Shown here piece after piece: positions 56,357 through 64,000 of a DNA stretch of 64,000 nt (position 1 is its first letter; each line of letters opens with the position of its first letter). A program made the position numbers and the translations under genes. Origin of the DNA: Promethearchaeota archaeon (GTDB lineage: Archaea > Asgardarchaeota > Lokiarchaeia > Sigyniarchaeales > SOKP01); assembly GCA_016839585.1 (NCBI GenBank), contig JAEOTZ010000015.1, positions 1,000-64,999 of the forward strand, read 5' to 3'. The notes under the pieces are model-generated. The model was not told the origin of the DNA and made no database searches. It saw nothing but the letters and a program-made list of their open reading frames with translations.

Positions 56357-57928
56357 ATGAAACCATTTAATTCTAAAAAAATCACTTCTGAAGAGATGGC
56401 AATTTTAGATAATAACTCGGAATGGTTGGGCATTCCAAAAAGTTATTTAATGGAATGTGCAGGCTATTCTTTCGCAAGTGAAGTTATTAATCGAGGTTAC
56501 TTAGAAACTAGTTCGAAAGTAGCTATTTTTTGCGGAACTGGTAATAATGGAGGGGATGGTTTTGTTATAGCAAGGCATTTATCTTCCTATGGAGTTAGAT
56601 CTATAGTTATTTTAATAGGAGCTCCTGATAACATTAGGACTAATGAGGCACAATTGAATTGGAGTATAATTTTTAATAGTCTTAATTATTCAATAGATAT
56701 AGAAATTATTAGGGATTTAAAAGATTTAAGCCATATTAATAATATTATTAAAAAAGATAAAGAATATCAAATAATTGTAGATGGAATATTAGGAACAGGG
56801 ATTAAGGGTAATATTAGGGAACCAATAGCTTCTACGATAGATCTAATTAATGATCTTAAAAAAGCAGAACCGGAAAGATTTAAAGTTGTTTCGATCGATG
56901 TTCCTTCTGGCTTAGATCCAAATACCGGAAAAGTTACCGATAAAGCAGTAAAATCAGATTTAGTTATAACATTTCATAGGGCTAAAATCGGAATGTCTAG
57001 AACTAATGAATACATGAAAGAAATATTAGAAAAATCAATAGGCATTCCACAAGAAGCTAGGTTATTTGTTGGAAGAGGTGATCTAATCCCTACATTAAAA
57101 GTAAGAAAGGTTGATGCTTATAAAGGCCAATTTGGAAAAACTCTAATAATAGGTGGTTCAAAAAAATATTCTGGAGCACCTGCTTATGCTTCTCTAACAG
57201 GAATTCATTTTGGATGTGATTTAGTAATAACCTATGTACCAGAAGTTATCGGTAATGTTATTAGAAGTTATTCACCGAATATGATCGTTAGAACTAATCC
57301 AGGAAATTGGTTAAACATAAAAGCCTTAGAAGAAATAAAAGAGTTGATAGATTGGTCTAATGCAATAGTAATTGGTCCAGGTTTAGGTATAGAAAAAGAA
57401 ACAGAAGAATTAATAGTAAAACTTCTAGGATATTTAAAAGAGAAAAGGAAATCCTATGTTCTTGATGCCGATGCATTAAAATTAGTCAAGAATCATCTTG
57501 ATTTAATTAAAGGTGAGAGAGCTATCTTAACACCTCATCAAGGGGAATTAAAAATAATGGCTAATTTAGATTTACCTTCTTATGATAAAATAGAAGAAAG
57601 AGCAAATATGATTTTTGATCTGGCAAAAAAGCTTAATACTACTTTTTTAGTAAAAGGTCCATATGATTATATTACAAATGGTAAAAAACTAAAAATTAAT
57701 AGAACAGGTTGCCCTGAAATGTCAATTGGAGGAACTGGCGATGTTTTAGCAGGATTATGTGCCTCTTTTCTAGCAACAAATAACGATCCTTTTGAATCTG
57801 CGTGTTCAGCAGCATTTCTTAATGGTTATATAGGAGAATATTGCAAAAAAAATTTAGGAGAACGCTTTACAACAACAGATATGATAGCTAATATTAATGA
57901 TGCAATTGATAGCATAATCAGTTCTTAA
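56357..57928 (+). CDS. nnr: Bifunctional NAD(P)H-hydrate repair enzyme (epimerase + ADP-dependent dehydratase)
   Basis: YjeF-N part: MECAGYSFA, IFCGTGNNGGDGFVIARHL. C-terminal carbohydrate-kinase part: KGQFGKTLIIGGSKKYSGAPAYA, IGPGLG, LTPHQGE, GGTGDVLAGL. Confidence 0.9.
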   Translation: MKPFNSKKITSEEMAILDNNSEWLGIPKSYLMECAGYSFASEVINRGYLETSSKVAIFCGTGNNGGDGFVIARHLSSYGVRSIVILIGAPDNIRTNEAQLNWSIIFNSLNYSIDIEIIRDLKDLSHINNIIKKDKEYQIIVDGILGTGIKGNIREPIASTIDLINDLKKAEPERFKVVSIDVPSGLDPNTGKVTDKAVKSDLVITFHRAKIGMSRTNEYMKEILEKSIGIPQEARLFVGRGDLIPTLKVRKVDAYKGQFGKTLIIGGSKKYSGAPAYASLTGIHFGCDLVITYVPEVIGNVIRSYSPNMIVRTNPGNWLNIKALEEIKELIDWSNAIVIGPGLGIEKETEELIVKLLGYLKEKRKSYVLDADALKLVKNHLDLIKGERAILTPHQGELKIMANLDLPSYDKIEERANMIFDLAKKLNTTFLVKGPYDYITNGKKLKINRTGCPEMSIGGTGDVLAGLCASFLATNNDPFESACSAAFLNGYIGEYCKKNLGERFTTTDMIANINDAIDSIISS

Positions 57929-58066
57929 CATTTTTGAAAAAAATTAAAAGTAATTAAAAAAATATAAGATTGTTAGGGAGTGAATTTTTGTTAAAATAAA
58001 AGTTTATTAACTCCTAATATTATTATATACTTAATTAATTATAATGAATCTTTGAGTTGAGGTAAA

Positions 58067-58912
58067 GTGGTTGGACTTCAAGTTTTCAAAATTCTTCCCG
58101 ATGGTACGACTACTGAAATTATTACCGATAGACCGATAAAAGACGTTTTAGAAACTAGTGAGTGCTACGTTATTGTTGCTGATGAAGTTAGAAAAGTATA
58201 TCTCTGGAAAGGAATCACAAGTAGCGTTAGATCCAAATTCATTGGAGCTAAACGAAGCCAAGAAATCAGAGGACAAGTTGGTTTACATTATGCTGTACTT
58301 CCACTTGATGAGGGTGAAGAAGAACCAGAATTTATACGGTTGATTGGCGGAAAGACAGAAGCAGGTCATGCAAAAGAGATTAAAGCTGAACCAGGTACTC
58401 AAGCATCAGCTCCAGCGGTGCATCCTTTAAGGGAAAAAAATATTTTTGGTACTCCAAGACCAGCTGAAGGGATGAATATAGCAGGAAGCAAAGAACGTGC
58501 TGCTTTAAATAGAGGACCTTTATATACTGGAGAAGGTTCCATGGCAGCTCTTATGCGAGATGAAAGCCAAGTAGATTTTCAAGGTGTTATGAAAAAATTA
58601 GAAGAAATTCAGATACCTGCTGGTTTTGAAAGAGAACTTATCATTATTGGAAATCAAGCATATTCTGTTGTTGAAAAGGTTCAGCAATTTTTAGGTAAAA
58701 AAGAAGTTACAAAAGAGATATCAAAAGTAGGGTCCATTCCAGAAGGCATCTTTTTTGCTGAGGACTACTCACCTCGCATTTTGTCAGAAAACGGAAAAAT
58801 AATTGCTATTGAATTTTTAAAACGCGCTGGCGCACTAATAAAACCAGTACAACCAAAGGATAAAAGAGAACTTTTAAAAGAACAAATTAAAGAACAACTT
58901 GGTGGAAATTAG
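58067..58912 (+). CDS. Gelsolin-domain protein (one gelsolin-like domain plus an uncharacterised C-terminal domain)
   Basis: N-terminal ~95 aa: ETSECYVIVADEVRKVYLWKGITSSVRSKFIGAKRSQEIRGQVG, EPEFIRLIGG. This follows the gelsolin-repeat pattern (cYil...iyvWqG..ss..ek..a). The rest is unassigned. GTG start. Confidence 0.7.
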   Translation: MVGLQVFKILPDGTTTEIITDRPIKDVLETSECYVIVADEVRKVYLWKGITSSVRSKFIGAKRSQEIRGQVGLHYAVLPLDEGEEEPEFIRLIGGKTEAGHAKEIKAEPGTQASAPAVHPLREKNIFGTPRPAEGMNIAGSKERAALNRGPLYTGEGSMAALMRDESQVDFQGVMKKLEEIQIPAGFERELIIIGNQAYSVVEKVQQFLGKKEVTKEISKVGSIPEGIFFAEDYSPRILSENGKIIAIEFLKRAGALIKPVQPKDKRELLKEQIKEQLGGN

Positions 58913-59137
58913 AAATAATATTCCTTCCAGCTTCTAATTTCTTATTAAATAATTCTAAAATAAATGATTATTAAAAACTAATTCTTAAACTTATTTTCTC
59001 TTAATTGATTTGATTAAAATCTTCAATTAGATTAAGAAAACTATAACTAAACTTTTAAGTATAACTAGGATTTAAAATTTGAGATATAAATTTTTAAACC
59101 CAAAACACTTTATAATTATTAATTGAATTAAAAATAA

Positions 59138-59542
59138 TTGTTGCAACCAAAATTGTCCGATTTATCACCACAAGAAGCTCAAAGTTTAAGTAAGTTTTTA
59201 GGTAGTATAACTGAATACACAGAGTTAGAAGCCCTAGCTTTGGTGACTCGTGAAGGCTTACGCTTAGCATTTTCATGTGTTCCGGGGTATAACATTGATC
59301 CTGATTTATTTTCAAGCCTTAGTGCTGTAGTTATGCAATCTGGCTATGATGCAGTTAATTCTCTTGGATATACTCATATGCTTGAAGTAGTATTGAGAGG
59401 AGAAAATGGATTTATAATTCTCTCAGCAGCCGGAAGTTTCTTTCTCATGGGTGCATCAAGACAATCTGCAGATTTGGGTAAAGTAGTCACAGTATTCAGA
59501 TATTACGCAGGAGAGATCGCTAAACGATACCCAATGTCATAA
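59138..59542 (+). CDS. Roadblock/LC7 (MglB-like) domain protein
   Basis: LEALALVTREGLRLAFS, PDLFSSLSAVVMQSGYDAVNSLG, MLEVVLRGENGFIILSAAGSFFLMGASRQSADLGKV. This is the canonical Roadblock topology. TTG start. Confidence 0.8.
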   Translation: MLQPKLSDLSPQEAQSLSKFLGSITEYTELEALALVTREGLRLAFSCVPGYNIDPDLFSSLSAVVMQSGYDAVNSLGYTHMLEVVLRGENGFIILSAAGSFFLMGASRQSADLGKVVTVFRYYAGEIAKRYPMS

Positions 59543-59732
59543 TTTTTTAACCTTTGTTAAAAAAATCATTAAAAAAAATTTTAGTAGAATATCTGTTAGG
59601 AATTAAAATTTTAGTATCAATTATGATTTTCAAGCTAAATCCCCATTATTGTGTTATTATAAAAACACTTATTTTAAAAAAGATAAATATATTAATTTAT
59701 AGATAGTATAAAAATAAATTTGAGATTTTATC

Positions 59733-61901
59733 ATGCTAGAAATTAAAATTTTTGTCGATGTGAATGAAGAAATTACAAATAAAGTTGTAATCTGTCAATC
59801 AAATGCCGATAAATTAGGAGTTAAAAATGGGGGGTCAATAGAAGTTGTAAATCCTGATAATAACTTAAAGAAAACTGCAACTTTGGAGATATCTGATATG
59901 GTTTTAGATTTTGCAGGGCAAGTTGCCAAAAATGTACTTGAGGATTTACAATTTAGCGGAGTTGAATTAGCTATTCGCCCAGTAAGTGCAGCAGCATCCC
60001 TTACACCTATGTTAAAAATTCCAAAAGTTCCAGCACCAAAATCAACTCCAACACCTCAACCAACCCAACCATCTACATTATCTCCATTACCTACACCACC
60101 ACCTAGTGTAGCTCCATCCCTTCAACCTACACATGAACCAACTCTTACACCCGCTCCTGTCCCCCAACCCATACCAACTCCACAACCGGCACCAGTACCT
60201 CAGTTCAAGCCACCTCCCCAACCCACACCCACCCCTCAACCATCATTATCCCCTTTGCCTACTCCCCCTCCTCAGCCAACTCCTGCCCAATTCACTCAAC
60301 CATCTATGGGACAGCCTTCAATAGAACCCGGAGCTCCAGCAGAACCATATCCAAATAGAATAGATATAAATATGTTACAAAGTCAGAAAAATGGAATAAT
60401 TTTAACACCAGTTATTGATAATTCTATAGAAGGAGGGCGAATACAACTGAGTAATTCCATTATTCAACGATTAGGTCTAGGACGAGGAATGCTTATAGCC
60501 TGGGAAGATCCATTAACACGAGCTATGGGCTCAGCAAGAATAGATGCCGCAAACATTTTAGATACTCAAATTAAAATGAGTTATGATACTAAAGAAGATA
60601 CAAACATTCACTCACAACAAATTATTGTTTACTCCACAGAACCTCCAATACAAAAAGCTTCGGAAATAATGCTAGAGGTTCAATCACAACCTAATTTGAT
60701 GGGACATGCCTTAGTTAGCCCAAGAACTCAATATACACTTTCAATAATGCAAGATGATATACTTGCATTTGAAGATGAATTAACAGGAGCGATTGGAGCT
60801 GGTAAAGTTGAAATCTTAGAATCAGTACCAGATAATACAATTATTATCGACAGTGAAATTCTTGAAGCCTCAGGTATCGGGAGCTTTGAGGTTAAAATTT
60901 CAAAAAATCAAAGAGCTATTATCCCTCTACAAAATATTTCGCTAGGAATTTCCCCTATTTCGGGTGAAAATATGTGGGAAATTATAAGTACTGCTCGACA
61001 AAATGTAGCATCCTTAAAAGGCTGGATCTCGAATTATATTATTTTCAAAGGTATTAAACTTAGATGGTCTGCAGTGAATATTGCTTGTTCAATACTAAAT
61101 ACTGTTCCTGATCTAACTGGAGATATATTTGCTAAGGTAACAGAAAATACAGCATTAAGTTTAAGTCCAACAGGGTTGGTCCCTTTTAATGCTATTTTGA
61201 TAATTGATATCAGTCGGTCAATGATGGCAAGGGATGTCTTTGTTACCAATATTGCTCCTGCAATAGAAGGAATTAAAGCCGCTATGGAATCTAGAGAAAT
61301 TCAAGAATTTTTAAAGCACTTCAAAGATGGCATATACATACCCCGTAGAATATCAGCAGCATTTGCAGCGGTCCTTTTCTTAAGTGAAAAGGTTGGAAGA
61401 GGCTTTGGAGAAAAAGTCTCTGTAATACGCTTCGCCGATGAAGCACAAATACTCCCTTTCGGAGATTCCTTCTATATGGATTCTGCAAGTGGTAAAAAAG
61501 GTGTTCTTGAAGATGCAGCAAGGTTAATTGTTGATAGGATTGGTAATTCATATGGGCAAGCTACTAATATGGGCCCTGCATTGCTTTCAGCACAGCAGGT
61601 ATTAGCTGAATTTGATAGATTAAGTCCAGATCAACCAACGATGATAGTCTTCCTTACAGACGGCGTTCCAACAGACGGAGACGCTTTTTTCAATGAAATT
61701 AAGAAATTGGCAGATAACCCGAATATTGTTGTATATCTTGTTGGAATGGGAAATCCAGATGATGAATTGATGACTAGAGCTGCAGCCTTATGTGGTGGTG
61801 AATACTTCAAACCGGAAGATGCTGGAGAACTGTTAATCTGGTATTCAAAGCGAGCAAGAGATCTAACAGTTAAACTTAAAGCTCATAAAGGAGGGTTATA
61901 A
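59733..61901 (+). CDS. Multidomain protein: three small beta-barrel (CDC48-N/AbrB-like) repeats, Pro/Thr-rich linker, C-terminal von Willebrand A domain
   Basis: vWA with an intact MIDAS: ILIIDISRSMM (DxSxS), QATNMGPAL, VFLTDGVPTDGD. The repeat pattern VVICQSNADKLGVKNGGSIEVVNP / RIQLSNSIIQRLGLGRGMLIAWEDP / ALVSPRTQYTLSIMQDDILAFEDE resembles swapped-hairpin or double-psi barrels. The linker spans aa ~97-205. Confidence 0.75.
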   Translation: MLEIKIFVDVNEEITNKVVICQSNADKLGVKNGGSIEVVNPDNNLKKTATLEISDMVLDFAGQVAKNVLEDLQFSGVELAIRPVSAAASLTPMLKIPKVPAPKSTPTPQPTQPSTLSPLPTPPPSVAPSLQPTHEPTLTPAPVPQPIPTPQPAPVPQFKPPPQPTPTPQPSLSPLPTPPPQPTPAQFTQPSMGQPSIEPGAPAEPYPNRIDINMLQSQKNGIILTPVIDNSIEGGRIQLSNSIIQRLGLGRGMLIAWEDPLTRAMGSARIDAANILDTQIKMSYDTKEDTNIHSQQIIVYSTEPPIQKASEIMLEVQSQPNLMGHALVSPRTQYTLSIMQDDILAFEDELTGAIGAGKVEILESVPDNTIIIDSEILEASGIGSFEVKISKNQRAIIPLQNISLGISPISGENMWEIISTARQNVASLKGWISNYIIFKGIKLRWSAVNIACSILNTVPDLTGDIFAKVTENTALSLSPTGLVPFNAILIIDISRSMMARDVFVTNIAPAIEGIKAAMESREIQEFLKHFKDGIYIPRRISAAFAAVLFLSEKVGRGFGEKVSVIRFADEAQILPFGDSFYMDSASGKKGVLEDAARLIVDRIGNSYGQATNMGPALLSAQQVLAEFDRLSPDQPTMIVFLTDGVPTDGDAFFNEIKKLADNPNIVVYLVGMGNPDDELMTRAAALCGGEYFKPEDAGELLIWYSKRARDLTVKLKAHKGGL
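60021..60350 (+). repeat. Pro/Thr/Gln-rich low-complexity coding segment with an internal duplication (local GC-rich patch)
   Basis: The translation contains TPTPQPTQPSTLSPLPTPPPSVAP and later TPTPQPSLSPLPTPPPQPTPA. The C-rich DNA stands out from the AT-rich surroundings and produces a spurious alternate-frame ORF (60133-60324). Confidence 0.8.
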
Positions 61902-61968
61902 GTTTTCTGGGATTTTTTTTAATTTTAAATATTGTAATAAGAGTTATAAATTCAAATTTTAGGTTATT

Positions 61969-62607
61969 TTGAGTTTTTACTTATTAATTGATTTCTCGCA
62001 AATAAATAATATAATCAAAAAATTAGAGGTAACGGTAAAGAAAAAACATTATTCTGAACTCTCTGCTTTATATCAAAGTATTTGGGATCAAGTACGATTA
62101 TCTCATAAAAAAGCTGAAAAATTAGTTCCTGTAGTCCTGTATATATTCTTTAAAATAAAATGTATCAAAATTAGCTCAAAAAAAATTATTGAGGCTTCAA
62201 ATCTTCCAGAGAAAAAATTTAGAAATTATTTGTTAGAAGCTGTAAGATATTGTCCCGAATATCTATCTCGGGATCGTACCAAGGTTGTTCAGAAACTTTT
62301 ACTTTATGTAATAAACCACTTCCACTTTGATCATGACTTTGTACAAGTATCCAATTCTCTTTTAAGGAAATTTTGGAATAGACTTACCAATACAACGGAT
62401 AGTAATATTGCGGGAGTCATTTGTATACTAACCATGATAAAATTAGATGTAAATTCAGTTAGCTACAATGCGATCTGTAGAAAATTAGGAATTCGAATGA
62501 GTAGTGTGTTTTATCAAGTAAAACATCGTATCTTAAGAAGTGAAACTGCTGAAAAGTTCACAGGATTTAAACGAAGCAGAAATTTATTGAAACCACTATT
62601 AACATAA
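61969..62607 (+). CDS. Possible TFB/TFIIB-core-like (cyclin-fold) protein lacking Zn-ribbon
   Basis: Two helical repeats each end in an HTH-like segment (KISSKKIIEASNLPEKKFRNYLLEAVRY and NIAGVICILTMIKLDVNSVSYNAICRKLGIRMSSVFYQVKHRI), reminiscent of TFIIB core cyclin repeats. Weak, by-eye assignment. TTG start. Confidence 0.4.
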   Translation: MSFYLLIDFSQINNIIKKLEVTVKKKHYSELSALYQSIWDQVRLSHKKAEKLVPVVLYIFFKIKCIKISSKKIIEASNLPEKKFRNYLLEAVRYCPEYLSRDRTKVVQKLLLYVINHFHFDHDFVQVSNSLLRKFWNRLTNTTDSNIAGVICILTMIKLDVNSVSYNAICRKLGIRMSSVFYQVKHRILRSETAEKFTGFKRSRNLLKPLLT

Positions 62608-62676
62608 TTAGAGTCTCTTTAATATAACAATATAGACATACTTCAAGTAATTTTTCTTTAAATAACTAGAAAAACA

Positions 62677-63423
62677 ATGTATATAAACCCAACTTTTGTG
62701 ATAATAAAAATGGCAGATAGTCATAATAAGAGCTTCTTTGGACAGAAAAATGCCCTGATACTAGATAGTCCCTCGAAGAACACTTCCTTCATTTTTTTTA
62801 CTTGTATTAAAAAGAAGGAAAATGGAACATGGGAAAAAATCTCTAAAAATGAAGGCAAGAAGGTAAAATGTGAATTAGAAGACATGGTAATGATATTAGA
62901 AGTCTTATCTCAAAAAAGTGATGCATGGAGCACCGTTCACACCTTTAACGAAGAAAAAACAACAATTTCGTTCAAATGGGATAAAGAAAAGAATCATACT
63001 TTATGGCTAAATATTGGGAATTATTCCAAGATGCTAAACTTTACTCAAGTTAAGATATTTAAATTATTATTAAAACATATTTTAAAAGAGAAAATTGCGT
63101 TTGCTACCGTTCCTAAAAATCTAAAACCTTTTGAAAAGACAAATAATAATAAACAAATTCCAGTAAAACCCCAAGATTTTTTTGAAGATAAGAAAAATAA
63201 CGATTTAATTGTGGTCGAGCAAGTAGACGTAGAAAATGAAACCAGCAATGTGAAGGCTATAATTACAGGTGAGACTCAAAAAGCACTTCTTCTTTTATAT
63301 AATGGAGCAGAAGAAGTGTGGACTCCTAAGTCCATAATACACTCTAAATATGAATCAACAAAAGGAGTAACGCAAACCTTTTCAATTGAGAACTGGTTTC
63401 TAAAGAAAAATAATATTAAATAG
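62677..63423 (+). CDS. Hypothetical protein
   Basis: Clean 248-aa ORF with coding-like composition. No motif recognised. Confidence 0.5.
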   Translation: MYINPTFVIIKMADSHNKSFFGQKNALILDSPSKNTSFIFFTCIKKKENGTWEKISKNEGKKVKCELEDMVMILEVLSQKSDAWSTVHTFNEEKTTISFKWDKEKNHTLWLNIGNYSKMLNFTQVKIFKLLLKHILKEKIAFATVPKNLKPFEKTNNNKQIPVKPQDFFEDKKNNDLIVVEQVDVENETSNVKAIITGETQKALLLLYNGAEEVWTPKSIIHSKYESTKGVTQTFSIENWFLKKNNIK

Positions 63424-63435
63424 AGAGGTAAAAAA

Positions 63436-63702
63436 ATGATAATAATTAAAGGGGAAAAAACGCTTTTCGGTAAAGAAATAAAGACACCAGAAGAATTTAT
63501 TGAGGACTTGTGCGAACGAATTACTCGTATTTATAACTTAGCAATGGAAGAAAATTTAGTGAGTAAAGATAAGAAAGTTAAAATCGTAATATATCAAGGT
63601 CACATACACATAATAAACTTTAACGACGATATAAAAGATAAAAAGCAAAATCTGATTGAAAGAAATACTGAGAATAGTGGGGAAGGTTGTTCAATTCAAT
63701 AA
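63436..63702 (+). CDS. Hypothetical small protein
   Basis: 88-aa ORF starting 12 nt after the previous gene, preceded by a purine-rich stretch (agagaggtaaaaaa). No motif recognised. Confidence 0.4.
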   Translation: MIIIKGEKTLFGKEIKTPEEFIEDLCERITRIYNLAMEENLVSKDKKVKIVIYQGHIHIINFNDDIKDKKQNLIERNTENSGEGCSIQ

Positions 63703-64000
63703 TTCTTCAATATCCTTAATTCTTTCTAACATCCACTTTTTAAATTTTGAAAAATCATGAATAGAGGGTAATTCAATAGTCTCCTTGGGTAAATTACTTT
63801 TATCTCCTCTTTGATCTTTGACTATAGTTTTGCCAAATAAATTAGTAATAATCCCAATTGGTAACTTTAACTTCTGAAATATAACTTGAAAATCATTTAA
63901 GTCATTTTCAGATAAAGTATATTTGGAAATCCTCATCTGTACCCATTCCTGTAAAAACTCTTCGGCAATGCCATCTTTCCAGTGGTGATTTCGTAAATAG
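63691..64000 (-). CDS. Hypothetical protein, N-terminus outside window
   Basis: The minus-strand frame stays open upstream of the tracked ATG (63936) to the window edge (...YLRNHHWKDGIAEEFLQEWVQMRISKY...). The real start is probably beyond nt 64000. Confidence 0.45.
   Translation of the reverse strand, partial: YLRNHHWKDGIAEEFLQEWVQMRISKYTLSENDLNDFQVIFQKLKLPIGIITNLFGKTIVKDQRGDKSNLPKETIELPSIHDFSKFKKWMLERIKDIEELLN

Noticed and set aside
55091-57928. tRNA genes as a possible integration site for a genomic island
   Set aside because: No integrase, no direct repeat of a tRNA 3' end and no compositional break was noticed downstream. The flanking genes (DUF169-like, nnr) look like housekeeping genes.
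58158-59315. ORFs 58158-58343 (alternate frame inside the gelsolin gene) and 59094-59315 (antisense to the Roadblock gene start)
   Set aside because: They are nested in or overlap better-supported genes and carry no motifs.
60133-61551. ORFs 60133-60324 (alternate frame of the Pro-rich linker), 61034-61249 and 61321-61551 (antisense in the vWA gene)
   Set aside because: The first is produced by the C-rich low-complexity DNA reading open in several frames. The other two are shadows of the vWA coding frame.
63045-63248. 67-aa antisense ORF inside ORF 62677-63423
   Set aside because: It is nested, shorter and low complexity.
1-64000. Search for CRISPR arrays, rRNA genes, transposases, integrases, prophage or defence-system hallmarks
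   Set aside because: I saw no regularly spaced direct repeats of CRISPR type and no rRNA-like conserved blocks. I saw no DDE, tyrosine or serine recombinase motifs, and no nuclease/helicase/methylase sets. The only tandem repeats are coding (the Asp-hexamer array and the Pro-rich linker).

Overview
Strongly AT-rich, densely coding archaeal chromosome segment with about 55 credible protein genes and 2 tRNAs. I saw no rRNA, CRISPR array or obvious mobile element. The gene content points to an Asgard-type (Lokiarchaeia-like) archaeon: several Rag/Gtr1-like and Arf-like small GTPases, Roadblock/LC7 and longin-like modules, a gelsolin-domain protein, intron-containing tRNAs and an archaeal-type mevalonate pathway.
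Layout:
(i) 1-2.3 kb: GH38 alpha-mannosidase, cut by the window edge.
(ii) 2.4-15.5 kb: isoprenoid supercluster (GGPP synthase, UbiX, IPK-IDI2 fusion, mevalonate kinase, MDD-family decarboxylase, aconitase-X-type phosphomevalonate dehydratase, UbiD-type decarboxylase, class II HMG-CoA reductase, extended HMG-CoA synthase, cis-prenyltransferase).
(iii) 15.6-20.7 kb: an unknown protein, then a YbdK/GCS2-type ligase and an amidohydrolase.
(iv) 21-36 kb: signalling island mixing His-Asp two-component parts with Rag/Arf-like GTPases, longin-like and Roadblock proteins.
(v) 36.2-37.0 kb: SDR oxidoreductase.
(vi) 37.2-47.5 kb: five-gene operon of three paralogous sequon-rich surface proteins sharing one conserved cytoplasmic tail motif, plus a longin-like/wHTH protein and a coiled-coil TrmB-like protein.
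(vii) 47.5-54.8 kb: assorted genes, including an NfeD-SPFH operon with an acidic hexamer repeat.
(viii) 55.1-55.3 kb: two tRNA genes with three introns.
(ix) 55.4-57.9 kb: DUF169-like protein and Nnr.
(x) 58-62.6 kb: gelsolin, Roadblock, poly-Pro/vWA and TFB-core-like genes.
(xi) 62.7-64 kb: unknown proteins.
The best candidates for an undescribed system are the 37.2-47.5 kb operon and the GTPase/two-component island. All calls rest on motif recognition by eye; no searches or folds were run.
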